From Diplonema japonicum (taxonomy: Eukaryota; Protista; Euglenozoa: Diplonemea), in contig OZ025688.1 in NCBI GenBank assembly GCA_964019335.1, positions 504,758 to 568,757 on the forward strand: 64,000 nucleotides of DNA. Reading direction: 5' to 3'. Positions within the stretch are counted from its first letter, which is position 1. Each line of letters opens with the position of its first letter. The notes under the pieces were generated by a model. That model was given only the letters and a program-made list of their open reading frames with translations, was not told where the DNA came from and searched no databases. A program made the position numbers and the translations under genes. Below, in pieces: positions 22,237 through 32,261 of the stretch.

Positions 22237-24357
22237 ATGTCCAGCAAGGAAATACCTTTGTCGCCGCGTACGAAGAAAATATGGCATCGGCAGAACTTGG
22301 CCGACGCCGGCAGGATGGAGCCATCACTGAAACCCAGCGATGAGCTGCTGAGTGGAGAGATGAACGTAGAGAAGGCAGAAGAATTGCGTTCACACGCGCT
22401 AGCAGCGGAAGTGGATGGCTGCAATGAAAATGCCTTGGTTTGGTACCAAAAAGAAATGCGTGTGTGGATGCACCTCATGCTTGAGCTTGGAAAAGACGAC
22501 GACGACATCCCACCACTGTTTCGAACATATCTCATGGAATTCTTGAGGTGCAGCGAAGGGGTCAGCAGGTGCTACGCGCTCGAAGGCAACGAGGACATGG
22601 TGATAAAGATCAACAAGATGGCCTTGGGACATGCAGAAGCAATACAAGGCGACCAACCAGTAGTGGCAGGCATCAAAGTACACATCGGCGATAGTTATTC
22701 GATTTTCGCTATGTCCTGTGAAGAGGAACGTGAGAGTCTCATGAACGAGCCCGAGGACTCCCTCCGCAGGCGGCAGATGACAGGTGATGAGTGGCGGCTG
22801 AAGATTGTAAACACAGCGGACAGACGAGATGAATATGTGAGGCAGGCTCGTGAATACTACAGCGACGCAGCTGTGAGCTTTAAGGTACACAATTCATTAA
22901 CAGACAAGGATGTCTTTAATAGCCACATCACACACTGTTTGGCGAAGATAGCAGAGGGTTACAGCTTGTCGGAGAACATTGATATGGCGCAGCATTATCG
23001 CGACAAGGCCAGCGAGAACTTCAGCTATTCGAGCAGCAGAGAGAAGCGTGCTGCATGGGACCACACGCAGCCATACACATCGGGGTTTGACCACGCACTG
23101 TACGACGAAGAGCTCCTTGAGGGCGACAGGAAGCGGATGACAACAATAACATCGTGTGTCGGTGGCTACCTGAACCAGGACAATGTGGTGTACAAACACA
23201 ACACGTGGGTGCCGACTGTGCATGATGTGCACGATATTCTGCTACTCAGTAATCTAGACGAGACGCTGGCCGCAACGGTGAATAACGCATCACGGTTCAT
23301 GGACCTCTTAGGGAAAGGCGATGGCGAGTGGAGAACTGTAGTCAAAGCTTATCCCCTTCTCGCCTATATAGGCATTGTGGAGGACATGCCCTCAGCTGTA
23401 GTTATTGCTGCGTCGTCATACACGCAGCTCATCGTCAAGCACACCTTGAGTACTGAGTTCCAGTACCATGAGCATTTGCACGTGTGGAGCAATCTGAGTG
23501 AGAGGGAGATCGCCAAGTGTCACGGAAACGATTGGGAAAAGAAGCGACATCCCTTCCGTCTCCCATTGATCGAGGCCATCAGGAGTGAAAACATCACTGC
23601 TGTCATACTGCTGCTGGATCTAGGGTCCTCGCCACTGGCATGTTCGCCTCATGACATGATTGCAGCGCTACCCTCGGCTATGGAAACAAATAACGAAGAT
23701 ATCATGAAGTTGTTGCTGCAGGTGCAAAATGTGAAGCTCGATTGGGAGCCGCCTTACGAGCTGGAATCAATGCGGAAAGGTGTGGACATGAACAGCGTTG
23801 TGTCGTGTGTTGAAGTTGCGGAGGAAAAGAAGAAGATGAGCTTGTCTAAAATACCGTTTGATCTGCTTTGGTTTCTTGTCGTAAACCTTCCAAAGAAGAA
23901 GGCGTTAAAATGGTACGACCAACACCAACGCATGTTCCTAACAGTGCTTAACGGCAGGCCTGATTCAGCAAAACTGATTTCAGAGATATTCAACAAGTTG
24001 CTCTTCGAAAGAATCACAGAGGCCATTGCAACGGGTCTCAGCATGAACCTTCTGACAGTGGTACCTGTGCTCTCGGATCTTGTGACTCATGCTGAAAAAA
24101 TACGTACGATATGCTTCTGCAATGACACACCTCTAATCAAGCTGCTTTTGACTTGCAGTGTAGACATCAATAGCAAGTACAACAACCGCCCTATCGTGTC
24201 GTACCACCTTGAGAAGGGCAACACGGACATTGTTAAGTACATCTGTGACACCTTCACAGGTGACAACGGCCTCGACGAGTCGATGCTCACACAGGAAGAG
24301 CGAGACATGCTCGACAAGGTGAGCGACAAGTGGGGATTGAGTCTTGTAGAGACATGA
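22237..24357 (+). CDS. TPR-like plus ankyrin-like repeat protein
   Basis: Helical TPR-like N-half; ankyrin-like units PLIEAIRSENITAVILLLDLG, ALPSAMETNNEDIMKLLL and HLEKGNTDIVKYI. ATG follows CACAACAG. Confidence 0.7.
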   Translation: MSSKEIPLSPRTKKIWHRQNLADAGRMEPSLKPSDELLSGEMNVEKAEELRSHALAAEVDGCNENALVWYQKEMRVWMHLMLELGKDDDDIPPLFRTYLMEFLRCSEGVSRCYALEGNEDMVIKINKMALGHAEAIQGDQPVVAGIKVHIGDSYSIFAMSCEEERESLMNEPEDSLRRRQMTGDEWRLKIVNTADRRDEYVRQAREYYSDAAVSFKVHNSLTDKDVFNSHITHCLAKIAEGYSLSENIDMAQHYRDKASENFSYSSSREKRAAWDHTQPYTSGFDHALYDEELLEGDRKRMTTITSCVGGYLNQDNVVYKHNTWVPTVHDVHDILLLSNLDETLAATVNNASRFMDLLGKGDGEWRTVVKAYPLLAYIGIVEDMPSAVVIAASSYTQLIVKHTLSTEFQYHEHLHVWSNLSEREIAKCHGNDWEKKRHPFRLPLIEAIRSENITAVILLLDLGSSPLACSPHDMIAALPSAMETNNEDIMKLLLQVQNVKLDWEPPYELESMRKGVDMNSVVSCVEVAEEKKKMSLSKIPFDLLWFLVVNLPKKKALKWYDQHQRMFLTVLNGRPDSAKLISEIFNKLLFERITEAIATGLSMNLLTVVPVLSDLVTHAEKIRTICFCNDTPLIKLLLTCSVDINSKYNNRPIVSYHLEKGNTDIVKYICDTFTGDNGLDESMLTQEERDMLDKVSDKWGLSLVET

Positions 24358-24395
24358 TGCTTACGTCGACTACGTACCGCAGATGACACACTAAT

Positions 24396-27300
24396 ATGTT
24401 GTGCAAAGAGACGCTGCACCACACACTGTGTGGGTCCCTCCCGCCCCACGAACGATGGGATGTCATGGACTGGATCAAGGGCACACGGGTGAAGGAATGT
24501 GTACCGTTGGTTACAGAAAGCACCCAAGAGAAACTACGGGAGGTGCCTGCCATTACGGTATCATGTCCTGAGAGTGACGCATCTGAGGGTGTGGACGAAG
24601 GACAGGAAGCTGCGAAGATGCTGCTGTCGATGTACGACACGGGCGAGCTCACAGGGCATGATCTGAGAATGAGGAAGCTCGCCGCACCTTTCAGGGCTTC
24701 GAATGATCTACCACAGGACGATGAAAGAAGGTGGTGGGGAGAGGCGAAGGGTTTCACTATTGCTTTGGTGCAGACATTCGGGGAAAGAATGCAAGAAGTG
24801 GAGCAATTGTTTAAGAGATTCCCGCATGGGATGCACGTTCACAAGTTCGTGTCAATCATGCTAGACGTCGTACGGAGGGTGCAGCGGGGGCAGGCACTGC
24901 CATTGGTTGAAGAGGACGGTAAGAACGTACGTGCTTACTGTAACTCAACACGTGAGACGGAGCAGGACTTGGTGAACGAATGGGTGAGAATGCGGGCGAA
25001 GCAACGTAGCCATGTTCACAGCATTGACTACATGCAGTCTAATAGCGTGCTCGAATGGTTTCTTGCCGACCTGTTCTGTGCCATCGACCACCACGGCAAG
25101 TGCAGCGTCACATGGTCCGACTTCAACGCCTACGTTATCGACGTCACGATGCAAGGCAAGGAAAGCTACTACGAAGAGACGCCGATCGAGCCTTACACAC
25201 GCAGCACCATCGAAGCGGACCTGTGCGACACCAAGAAGGTGATCTACCACGGTGGGCTCGATAGGATGGTGTTCGTCACTGGAGACAACCATTGCAACCT
25301 CGTCTCCCCCAGCTTCAAGATCATTCAAGAGTACCCGATAAAACCTTCATACGGTAATGTACTTGACGTGACATTCATAGCAGGCACGCAGTGCAGATTG
25401 GCAGCTGCGACCAGCGACTGTGTGGTACGTCTGTTTGACATCTCTTCGAGGCAATTCCTTTGCAGCGAGACATTTGGCGTGTCACAGACTGCGCTCCATT
25501 GGTGCGAGCGGGAATCCTTTCTGTATTCTGGAAATAGAAACGGCAAGATATCGTGCCTACGACTGACTGACGACGACAAACGGTGCCACGTGACAGAGAC
25601 GATCTGCAGCCACCAGAGCACAACGACGGCAATGCTTACACTTCCCGACTCACAGCTTGTGTCTGCATCTCTGGAGCGTGATATCAAAATTTACAACCCT
25701 GCCACACACCAAGAGGCAGCGGCGCTGCGTGGCCACAAGCACGGAGTCTTCAGCTTGTCCTTCTCTCCTCTTTACAACTTTATTGCGTCATCAGGCTTTG
25801 AGCCGCAGCCTTTTCTGTGGGTTCCTAATGCGTCGAACTCGAAGCCCTTCATCCTGCAGGATCACGACCCGCACACGGCACGGATAGTAAAGGTGCATAT
25901 GGTTATGGGCACACCACAGCTGTTAACGATGGACCTTAAAGGTATACTGAAGGTGTGGGATGTGAGAACACTTAAGGTTCACTCAACTATTTCGTGTTCC
26001 GAGGGAGGCTGCAAAGTGCAGGACTTCATGCACTACGACAGGAGGAACATGGTCATTCCGTGCGGTGGGGTGAGTGCCAAGAAAGACCATATGGCGGTTC
26101 TCCGGCAGAATCTAGTTGGGAGAGGCACCAGACCTGTGGTAGCTGTCGTGATACTAAATAGCATCAAGGCGTTCCTGACTTGTTCCGGGGGCGATGGGTT
26201 GCTATGGGATGCTCACAAGGGGCACTTACTCAAGATATTGTTCTCCTGTTGCGATAAAGTATGCTCGGTGTGCGTCCCGCCATCTGAGTTGCGAGTGTTC
26301 ATAGGCACCTGTGCGGGTGCCATCATGGTGTATGGCATTGAGGGCGTCTTCTTGAAGAGGATTGTCGCGCACACAGGCCCTGTTATCTCTCTACTGTACA
26401 TAAACAGCATAGAGGCTGTCCTTTCGATGGAGAAGAACGGCGGGCCCTCGGTGGTGTCTCACGACTTGTACTCCAAGAAGCTCGGGAATGGGAAGATCCG
26501 AATCGATGCAAAATGTGCTGCCTACTGCGCAAGGATGGACCTACTGCTGATTGGTGAGGCTGTAAATGTAGTCTCGGTGTGGGACTATCGCCAAGGGAAG
26601 CTGTTCATGCGGTGTGTAAACTACCCATGTGACGCCCAGGTGACAAGTGTGTTAGTCGGGAAGGACGACGAAGTGTTTATCTCCGCAGACAGCAGTGGTG
26701 GGTTCAACATGTACAACTTCTCTGGAGACAAGCTGGCCAGCTGGGTGAACAACAATACTGACACAGCATACACACCAGCTATCATTGACATGCAGTACTT
26801 TGCAATGTACAACTTCCTATACTGTTGTGATACTAGTGGCTGCATTCTCATCTATGAGCTCGATCCTCCGCAACAGCACGTACCGCAGTTCTATTCATCT
26901 GTGTTCGCGAACCCGAAACGGGGTCCCAACGCAACTAATGATACAGTTAAAGAAGAGACGCAGCCCCTCCGTACACCCCCTAGGCTCATCTGGTACTGGA
27001 AAGGGCACAAGGGTCCTTGCAACGTGGTCCAGATATGGGTGCCACCCACGGTTGGAGTAATGTGCGTTACGACAAGTGGTGATGATGCGGAGGTGCGGAT
27101 ATGGAGCATGTGGGGCAGACTGCTAGGTACGCTATCGATAAAAACGGAGCACGAGAACGCTGTCGCAGTGCACCCGAAAGAAGTGCACTCTAAGCTAGTT
27201 GAAGGGACTGCTGTCCCAGCCCTGAGGTACCCAATGATGACGGGTCCTCTTGCTGGGTCACTGTGTGGCCTGTTTGGACTCGAGGAGCCACATCCTCAGG

Positions 27301-28241
27301 CCTACAACGACATCCCTCTGCCCTGGGGGGAGCAAGGGTCTGTGTACGGCACTCCTTCTATCAGTGACATGCTGTACACAAGTAGCAACGGAGAAGCTGT
27401 CGTAGAAGAACAACAGGTGCTCCTTGTGACGCCCTCCTTGTGCCCTGGGGATGACAAGAAGGCAAATAAAGTTCGTGTGAGACGACGCGACAGAAAGCGT
27501 GTGAAGAATAATAGTAAGGTGCGAAAGACTGTTTCCAGAGTAGATCACAGCGAGATCTTCAAGCAGAGACTTCCCAGTGCAGCGCGTGTTCTGATGTGGT
27601 GTGCTGGTGTGGTGGTTGCTGTTGTTGCCGCACCGCCCCCTTACAAACTAACTCTTTCGGAGACGCGCAGGGTGGAGCTGTGTGATATGATTGACAGGCT
27701 AGTCAAATTGCTGCCTCTGCAAGATCCGGTAGTGTCTCAGCGAGATGCAAAAAAGGCCCGCTTGCTTATCGAGCATGCCAACGAGTGGCCTGCAAGCCCA
27801 TCAGCTGCTGCACAGCCGCTGGAACACAAAAGGTTATGCAGAGCACATACGAAGCTTAAGGATGACTACACAGTACTAGTTTCACCGGTACGCCAGAGAG
27901 ATGAAATAGTGAAGCCATTCGTACCGAAGAATATACCACCGTTGGAGGAGTATTGTCCTTCTCTAAACTACTTCTCGTCACGCCTTTCAGCAAGTGTAAA
28001 AGGCCCTCACTGTATCATGGAAGTACCACAATCGGCATGGGCAGCTTGCGTAGCTGCGTTGGCCACTGCCGGCACGACAAGCGTGCTCTACAAGAGGTAC
28101 TTGATTTTTCTAAACAGGTTGAACATCACAATAAACCACTCACCGCATGAAGGACGGCCCCTGTTATCACAGCCGGTGTCCCGTCATGTTGGCGAAAACC
28201 TTAACCCAGTTAAATTACCGAAAAAGTATCGTAAACTGTAA
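24396..28241 (+). CDS. EF-hand plus WD40-repeat protein (WDR49/EFCAB8-like, probably flagellar)
   Basis: EF loop LFCAIDHHGKCSVTWSDF; many WD40 units (LRGHKHGVFSL, ILKVWDVR, WKGHKG...TSGDDAEVRIWS). Confidence 0.8.
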   Translation: MLCKETLHHTLCGSLPPHERWDVMDWIKGTRVKECVPLVTESTQEKLREVPAITVSCPESDASEGVDEGQEAAKMLLSMYDTGELTGHDLRMRKLAAPFRASNDLPQDDERRWWGEAKGFTIALVQTFGERMQEVEQLFKRFPHGMHVHKFVSIMLDVVRRVQRGQALPLVEEDGKNVRAYCNSTRETEQDLVNEWVRMRAKQRSHVHSIDYMQSNSVLEWFLADLFCAIDHHGKCSVTWSDFNAYVIDVTMQGKESYYEETPIEPYTRSTIEADLCDTKKVIYHGGLDRMVFVTGDNHCNLVSPSFKIIQEYPIKPSYGNVLDVTFIAGTQCRLAAATSDCVVRLFDISSRQFLCSETFGVSQTALHWCERESFLYSGNRNGKISCLRLTDDDKRCHVTETICSHQSTTTAMLTLPDSQLVSASLERDIKIYNPATHQEAAALRGHKHGVFSLSFSPLYNFIASSGFEPQPFLWVPNASNSKPFILQDHDPHTARIVKVHMVMGTPQLLTMDLKGILKVWDVRTLKVHSTISCSEGGCKVQDFMHYDRRNMVIPCGGVSAKKDHMAVLRQNLVGRGTRPVVAVVILNSIKAFLTCSGGDGLLWDAHKGHLLKILFSCCDKVCSVCVPPSELRVFIGTCAGAIMVYGIEGVFLKRIVAHTGPVISLLYINSIEAVLSMEKNGGPSVVSHDLYSKKLGNGKIRIDAKCAAYCARMDLLLIGEAVNVVSVWDYRQGKLFMRCVNYPCDAQVTSVLVGKDDEVFISADSSGGFNMYNFSGDKLASWVNNNTDTAYTPAIIDMQYFAMYNFLYCCDTSGCILIYELDPPQQHVPQFYSSVFANPKRGPNATNDTVKEETQPLRTPPRLIWYWKGHKGPCNVVQIWVPPTVGVMCVTTSGDDAEVRIWSMWGRLLGTLSIKTEHENAVAVHPKEVHSKLVEGTAVPALRYPMMTGPLAGSLCGLFGLEEPHPQAYNDIPLPWGEQGSVYGTPSISDMLYTSSNGEAVVEEQQVLLVTPSLCPGDDKKANKVRVRRRDRKRVKNNSKVRKTVSRVDHSEIFKQRLPSAARVLMWCAGVVVAVVAAPPPYKLTLSETRRVELCDMIDRLVKLLPLQDPVVSQRDAKKARLLIEHANEWPASPSAAAQPLEHKRLCRAHTKLKDDYTVLVSPVRQRDEIVKPFVPKNIPPLEEYCPSLNYFSSRLSASVKGPHCIMEVPQSAWAACVAALATAGTTSVLYKRYLIFLNRLNITINHSPHEGRPLLSQPVSRHVGENLNPVKLPKKYRKL

Positions 28242-28289
28242 GCGCTATCTTTGTTTGTTTGTTCTATTGCAAGCTTTATTACAGTTGGG

Positions 28290-31200
28290 ATGGGGAAGAG
28301 TCAGCCTCATGTGAACAAATGGAGCAACGAGCGAAAGAAGCTCAGCAAGAAAATAACAAAAGTAGAGGCCGCTGAAGGGAAGCACCCGTGCCTAGTTCAA
28401 GGGGGATGCAGTGGGGGTGCAAGATGCTCTTTGAAACCTTTTGCTCAGGGTGTATGTAAAATGTGGATTGAGGGTAGGTGTTGCGAAGACGAGTGTCTGT
28501 ACATACATGATGTGGTGACAAGAAAGAGAAAGCGGAAAAGACCACCTAAGAAGCCACCTGTTGTTAGTCTCACGAAAGAAAGCAAAACAGAAGCCGAAGG
28601 GGAATGGATGCCCCCTGTTCATACTTTTTCCCTACCAGTGTCATGCTTTGTGACTGAAGGCAGCAGGCGTCCTTTGATGACCCTGGATGCCATCAAGGAC
28701 ATCGACTTGTGGGCCGCTGTCTCGCCCTTAGAGCTGGCTGCCACACCACCTGTCCACGACACAGAAGGCTTGTGGAAGCAACCCAAGAGACGCAGGCACA
28801 ACGTGCACGTGAAGTACTCCGATGACTCTGAAACGGTATTGCTCCATCCCCTGCCACAGGGGGACGTTCAAAAGGGAACATACAGCGATGGTTCCCACAT
28901 GGCGCAAGCGGTGGGTGTGATTTGCGACTGGGTGTTCAGAGCTGCCGACATCACAGAGGGTGACATATTATACAATTCATGTGACACGCGGCCTACTGTA
29001 GAGTGGCAAGAAAAGGCACAAAGGTGTACACTAAAGGCTGCTGAGACGTGGAAGGCGACAAATTTCAACAAGTTATCGCAGTGCATCCCCAGGTGCTACA
29101 TGGATGTGAAGGGCACATCAGGACAGCTCGCAGCAAGGGCATGCCCCGTGATATACGTGCGGAAGTTCGCGCACACAGTGGTCACGTCCCTGGGTTCAGC
29201 TTTCGTAGATGACAACAAGTACGGCAAGCAAAATCTGTCTCTTTTGTGCGAGTATTTGGATGCCCTGTTACAGGGGAACGGCGGAAGCTTCGGTGACTAC
29301 ATACCATCTGAGCGGTATGTGCTGCGGCTGAAGCTCAAAGCACTTCCATGGCTACCCGCTCACGCTAATGATGCAGTGAGGCATGCTTGCAGATCACGGC
29401 TGGCTGGGAGGTGGTTTCACTTCATGATCTCGCAAGTAGCAGTACCCCTTGTAAGGCGATACTTCCCTGCACAACGAGAAGACGGCCCTTCACTCCTGTT
29501 CTATCACTACCCCGTGTGGAGGCGGCTGTGGCGTGCATTCTATGAGCGTCCCCCTGGCTATGTGAAAGGTTTCCCATCGATCCCTGTACCCGTTTCGAAG
29601 GACATCTTGAAGCTGTTCACTCTTTTAGATCGCGCAACAGATGGTGTGGTGATGCTGCGGGAGCTGCATGAGGGACTCCAGGCTGTGCTGAATAACGATA
29701 CTCACATTGGGTCCATCCATACACAAGTGCAGCGGGTGCTTAAGATCTTGTCTGAAAAGGGAGAGCTGCTAGGTGTGAACGATGCAAGGTCTTGTTATAT
29801 TATGCTTATGAAGGGCGTGACACGGCAGAGCGAGTTTGATGTTGTCCCAGTGGTAGAGGACGGTCACATTATCAGCAGGCACACAGGACGTGGTCGTGCT
29901 AGAATGGGTGGTCCTGGTCCGATGCAGCTCAGGGTAAAAAAGACTGGAGGCCCGCGATGGGCCAGAGTGCTGTGGAAATGCGGTGTGTCCCCGAGTGACA
30001 TATCAATCAGAGGTACAACGATACGGCGCTGGGTCCACAGGCAGGCCACCCTCGGGCTGCAGCGAGTAGACTTGCGACATGCCATCTACCCGCTGGTAGG
30101 CGGTAATATCAATAAACTAAAACCTTTTGTGAAACTGAAGTCCAAAAACAGACGGATTACGTTGCCCTCGCCCATTTCAGATGCCGAAACGGTGTTCGAG
30201 GTCTCGGAGGATCTGAACTCAAAGACGGTGAAGCTGCTTGCAAGAGCAGGTACCAAGCACATGGTCAAGGAAGAGGCCTCCGAGCACACGATGCTGCGGC
30301 TTTTGAAGAAGGCGATGCCATTTGTAGCCCCTGGTGGGTACCACTTGCTGCATACAGATGCGTCACAGGCGTATGACGCGATCGACCACGATGCCGCCTG
30401 TGATATCTTAGACACCATGAGCTGTGAAAAGAACTCAGAACTTACGCAGCTGATGATGGAGGCCGTTAAGGGAAGGGCGTCGGGTGTGCCACAGGGTTGG
30501 GTGTTGAGCGAATTGATCAACGACGAGCTGCAACGCAGGAAGGTTGAGACGATGAAGAACTTCGGGCGTGACGCCGTGTCACCCTACTTCATACGGATCG
30601 CGGACGACATCATTGGCATCGCCTGCAGCAGGGAGACCATGGACCTGCTTGTCCTGTACTTGGCGCAGCCGGACTTCGCACACGGTGTGATCCCGAACGC
30701 GCTCAAGAAGCAGGCTGTGACACCCTCCGACTTGCACGGCACTGTGCTATTCAACGGGCTTCGCATCAACACAAAGCTCGAGGTCTACCCTGACATCTTT
30801 AAGTACTGCAAGTCGCCAATGTGGAAGCGCATCACGGTGCACGCCAGAGGAACTGTACCTATGTATACCACTGACCCGGAGCTGCTGGCCATGCTCAGCA
30901 ATGGGAACATCACTGACTCAGTCATCCTCAAAGGCGTGCAGGAGGCAGAGAGAAGGAAGACGCTTAGGCACCGCAAGGCACCAAATGTGTCGCGGAGGTT
31001 GGTGGAGTACCCGCTGACCTTTATAAAGAATAATTTGAAACACATTGCCTTGGACCCCGTGTTGAATGACAGGCGCAGGCTGCACAAAACACTGCTCGTT
31101 GCAGTGCTGATCGGATGGTGTGCCTTCTATGCCCTGGTTGGGAAAGGGCTGTTGCCGCAGAGCTGCACCGCGCTGGTGCGGAGGTCTGCTGATGTGCTGC

Positions 31201-31502
31201 ACGTGAGGATCTTTGCCTTCATCTCAACGTTCCGTGCTGTGAATGCCGACTGCGGGAGGAGCCTAGTCCTGCTCTCCAGGTACCTGACAGCACACCATGC
31301 AGTGTCCGCTGTTCCGCCTCACTCTCCTTATTACTACCCTACGATCTCCTTGTACACTGATGCCTTACGTGCGTATTCTTCACGCAAAGAACACTCTTGC
31401 AGTGTGTGCTGCAGTGTAGCGAAGCCATCTGTGTGGGAGCTTGTGGTTAGATCAGCAATGCAGAATTGGGTGGTGCCTTTCGAGGGGGGCTTTAGGGATT
31501 AG
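28290..31502 (+). CDS. TERT: Divergent telomerase reverse transcriptase (TERT-like) with N-terminal CCCH Zn finger and EF-hand-like insertion
   Basis: Motifs in order: TFLY-like VKYSD, QFP-like YVRKF..V...YGKQN and LKLKALPWL, T-like RWFHFM...PLVRRYF...LLFYHYPVWRRL, motif 1/2 LRVKKTGGPRWARV, A TDASQAYDAIDH, B' GVPQG.VLS, C FIRIADDII, D GVIPNALK, E FNGLRIN, CTE TKLEVYPDIFKY and ALDPVLN. All three catalytic Asp are present and no endonuclease domain is visible. Confidence 0.85.
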   Translation: MGKSQPHVNKWSNERKKLSKKITKVEAAEGKHPCLVQGGCSGGARCSLKPFAQGVCKMWIEGRCCEDECLYIHDVVTRKRKRKRPPKKPPVVSLTKESKTEAEGEWMPPVHTFSLPVSCFVTEGSRRPLMTLDAIKDIDLWAAVSPLELAATPPVHDTEGLWKQPKRRRHNVHVKYSDDSETVLLHPLPQGDVQKGTYSDGSHMAQAVGVICDWVFRAADITEGDILYNSCDTRPTVEWQEKAQRCTLKAAETWKATNFNKLSQCIPRCYMDVKGTSGQLAARACPVIYVRKFAHTVVTSLGSAFVDDNKYGKQNLSLLCEYLDALLQGNGGSFGDYIPSERYVLRLKLKALPWLPAHANDAVRHACRSRLAGRWFHFMISQVAVPLVRRYFPAQREDGPSLLFYHYPVWRRLWRAFYERPPGYVKGFPSIPVPVSKDILKLFTLLDRATDGVVMLRELHEGLQAVLNNDTHIGSIHTQVQRVLKILSEKGELLGVNDARSCYIMLMKGVTRQSEFDVVPVVEDGHIISRHTGRGRARMGGPGPMQLRVKKTGGPRWARVLWKCGVSPSDISIRGTTIRRWVHRQATLGLQRVDLRHAIYPLVGGNINKLKPFVKLKSKNRRITLPSPISDAETVFEVSEDLNSKTVKLLARAGTKHMVKEEASEHTMLRLLKKAMPFVAPGGYHLLHTDASQAYDAIDHDAACDILDTMSCEKNSELTQLMMEAVKGRASGVPQGWVLSELINDELQRRKVETMKNFGRDAVSPYFIRIADDIIGIACSRETMDLLVLYLAQPDFAHGVIPNALKKQAVTPSDLHGTVLFNGLRINTKLEVYPDIFKYCKSPMWKRITVHARGTVPMYTTDPELLAMLSNGNITDSVILKGVQEAERRKTLRHRKAPNVSRRLVEYPLTFIKNNLKHIALDPVLNDRRRLHKTLLVAVLIGWCAFYALVGKGLLPQSCTALVRRSADVLHVRIFAFISTFRAVNADCGRSLVLLSRYLTAHHAVSAVPPHSPYYYPTISLYTDALRAYSSRKEHSCSVCCSVAKPSVWELVVRSAMQNWVVPFEGGFRD

Positions 31503-31644
31503 CTAGAATACGAAACGAATCGGGGGAGTTCCCCCTCCCCTTCCCCCCGCATTTTTCTTTTGTTTGTAAGATTTATCAAGCCACGCACAGCATACACACA
31601 CACGACAATGCTGTGAAACGTTCTGCCAACATAAGCAGCTATCG

Positions 31645-32261
31645 ATGTCGAGAAGCAAAGTAGACGTGGCCCAGTACCCGTCGTACTGCAAGTATATTCC
31701 GGTGATTTCACAGCTGCTGGCGTCGCTGTCGAAGAGAGGTGACGTGGTGGCGAAGCAAAAGGGTTTGTCGGAGTCCGTGTACGATGGGGCCAAGATGCCA
31801 TCCATTGCACTAGAGGACTACTTGAACAGGTGGGTGAGGTATAGTTTTTGCAGCAAGGAAACGTTCGTTCTGGCAGTGGTGTACATTGACCGGCTATCTC
31901 ACGCCACTAATGTTGTCATCACATCACTAAACGTGCACAGGTTAGTCCTGACTTCGTTGGTCCTTGCCGCGAAGGCTCGGGACGATATTTACTATTCAAA
32001 CAAGGTATTTTTTTTTAAGTTTTTGCAACTTAAATTGAACACAGTACTATGCCTCCATCGGAGGTATCACTACTAAGGAGATGAACAGGCTTGAGGCACA
32101 ATGGCTCACGGACATCGATTGGCATGTCTTCATCAGTCCTGAGCAATACGTCATGTACACCTCGGAGTTTAACAAGCACGCTGGGGTATGGAAGATTCTT
32201 TTAATAAAAAAAAAAAATGGACGATCGACAGATGCAATCCGCTACCGAAGAGGCTCGTTGA
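31645..32261 (+). CDS. PHO80/cyclin-U-type cyclin; introns 32005-32044 and 32186-32231
   Basis: PSIALEDYLNRWVRY..CS, LAVVYIDRL, NVHRLVLTS..LAAK..DD.YYSNK|YYASIGGITTKEMNRLE. Confidence 0.92.

Noticed and set aside
31491-31497. TTTAGGG at the end of TERT
   Set aside because: Single copy within codons (F-R-D); expected by chance.
28290-31502. RT as a Penelope-like, non-LTR or LTR retroelement
   Set aside because: Has TERT-specific QFP, T and CTE motifs, no endonuclease, RNase H or gag, no terminal repeats, and sits among housekeeping genes.
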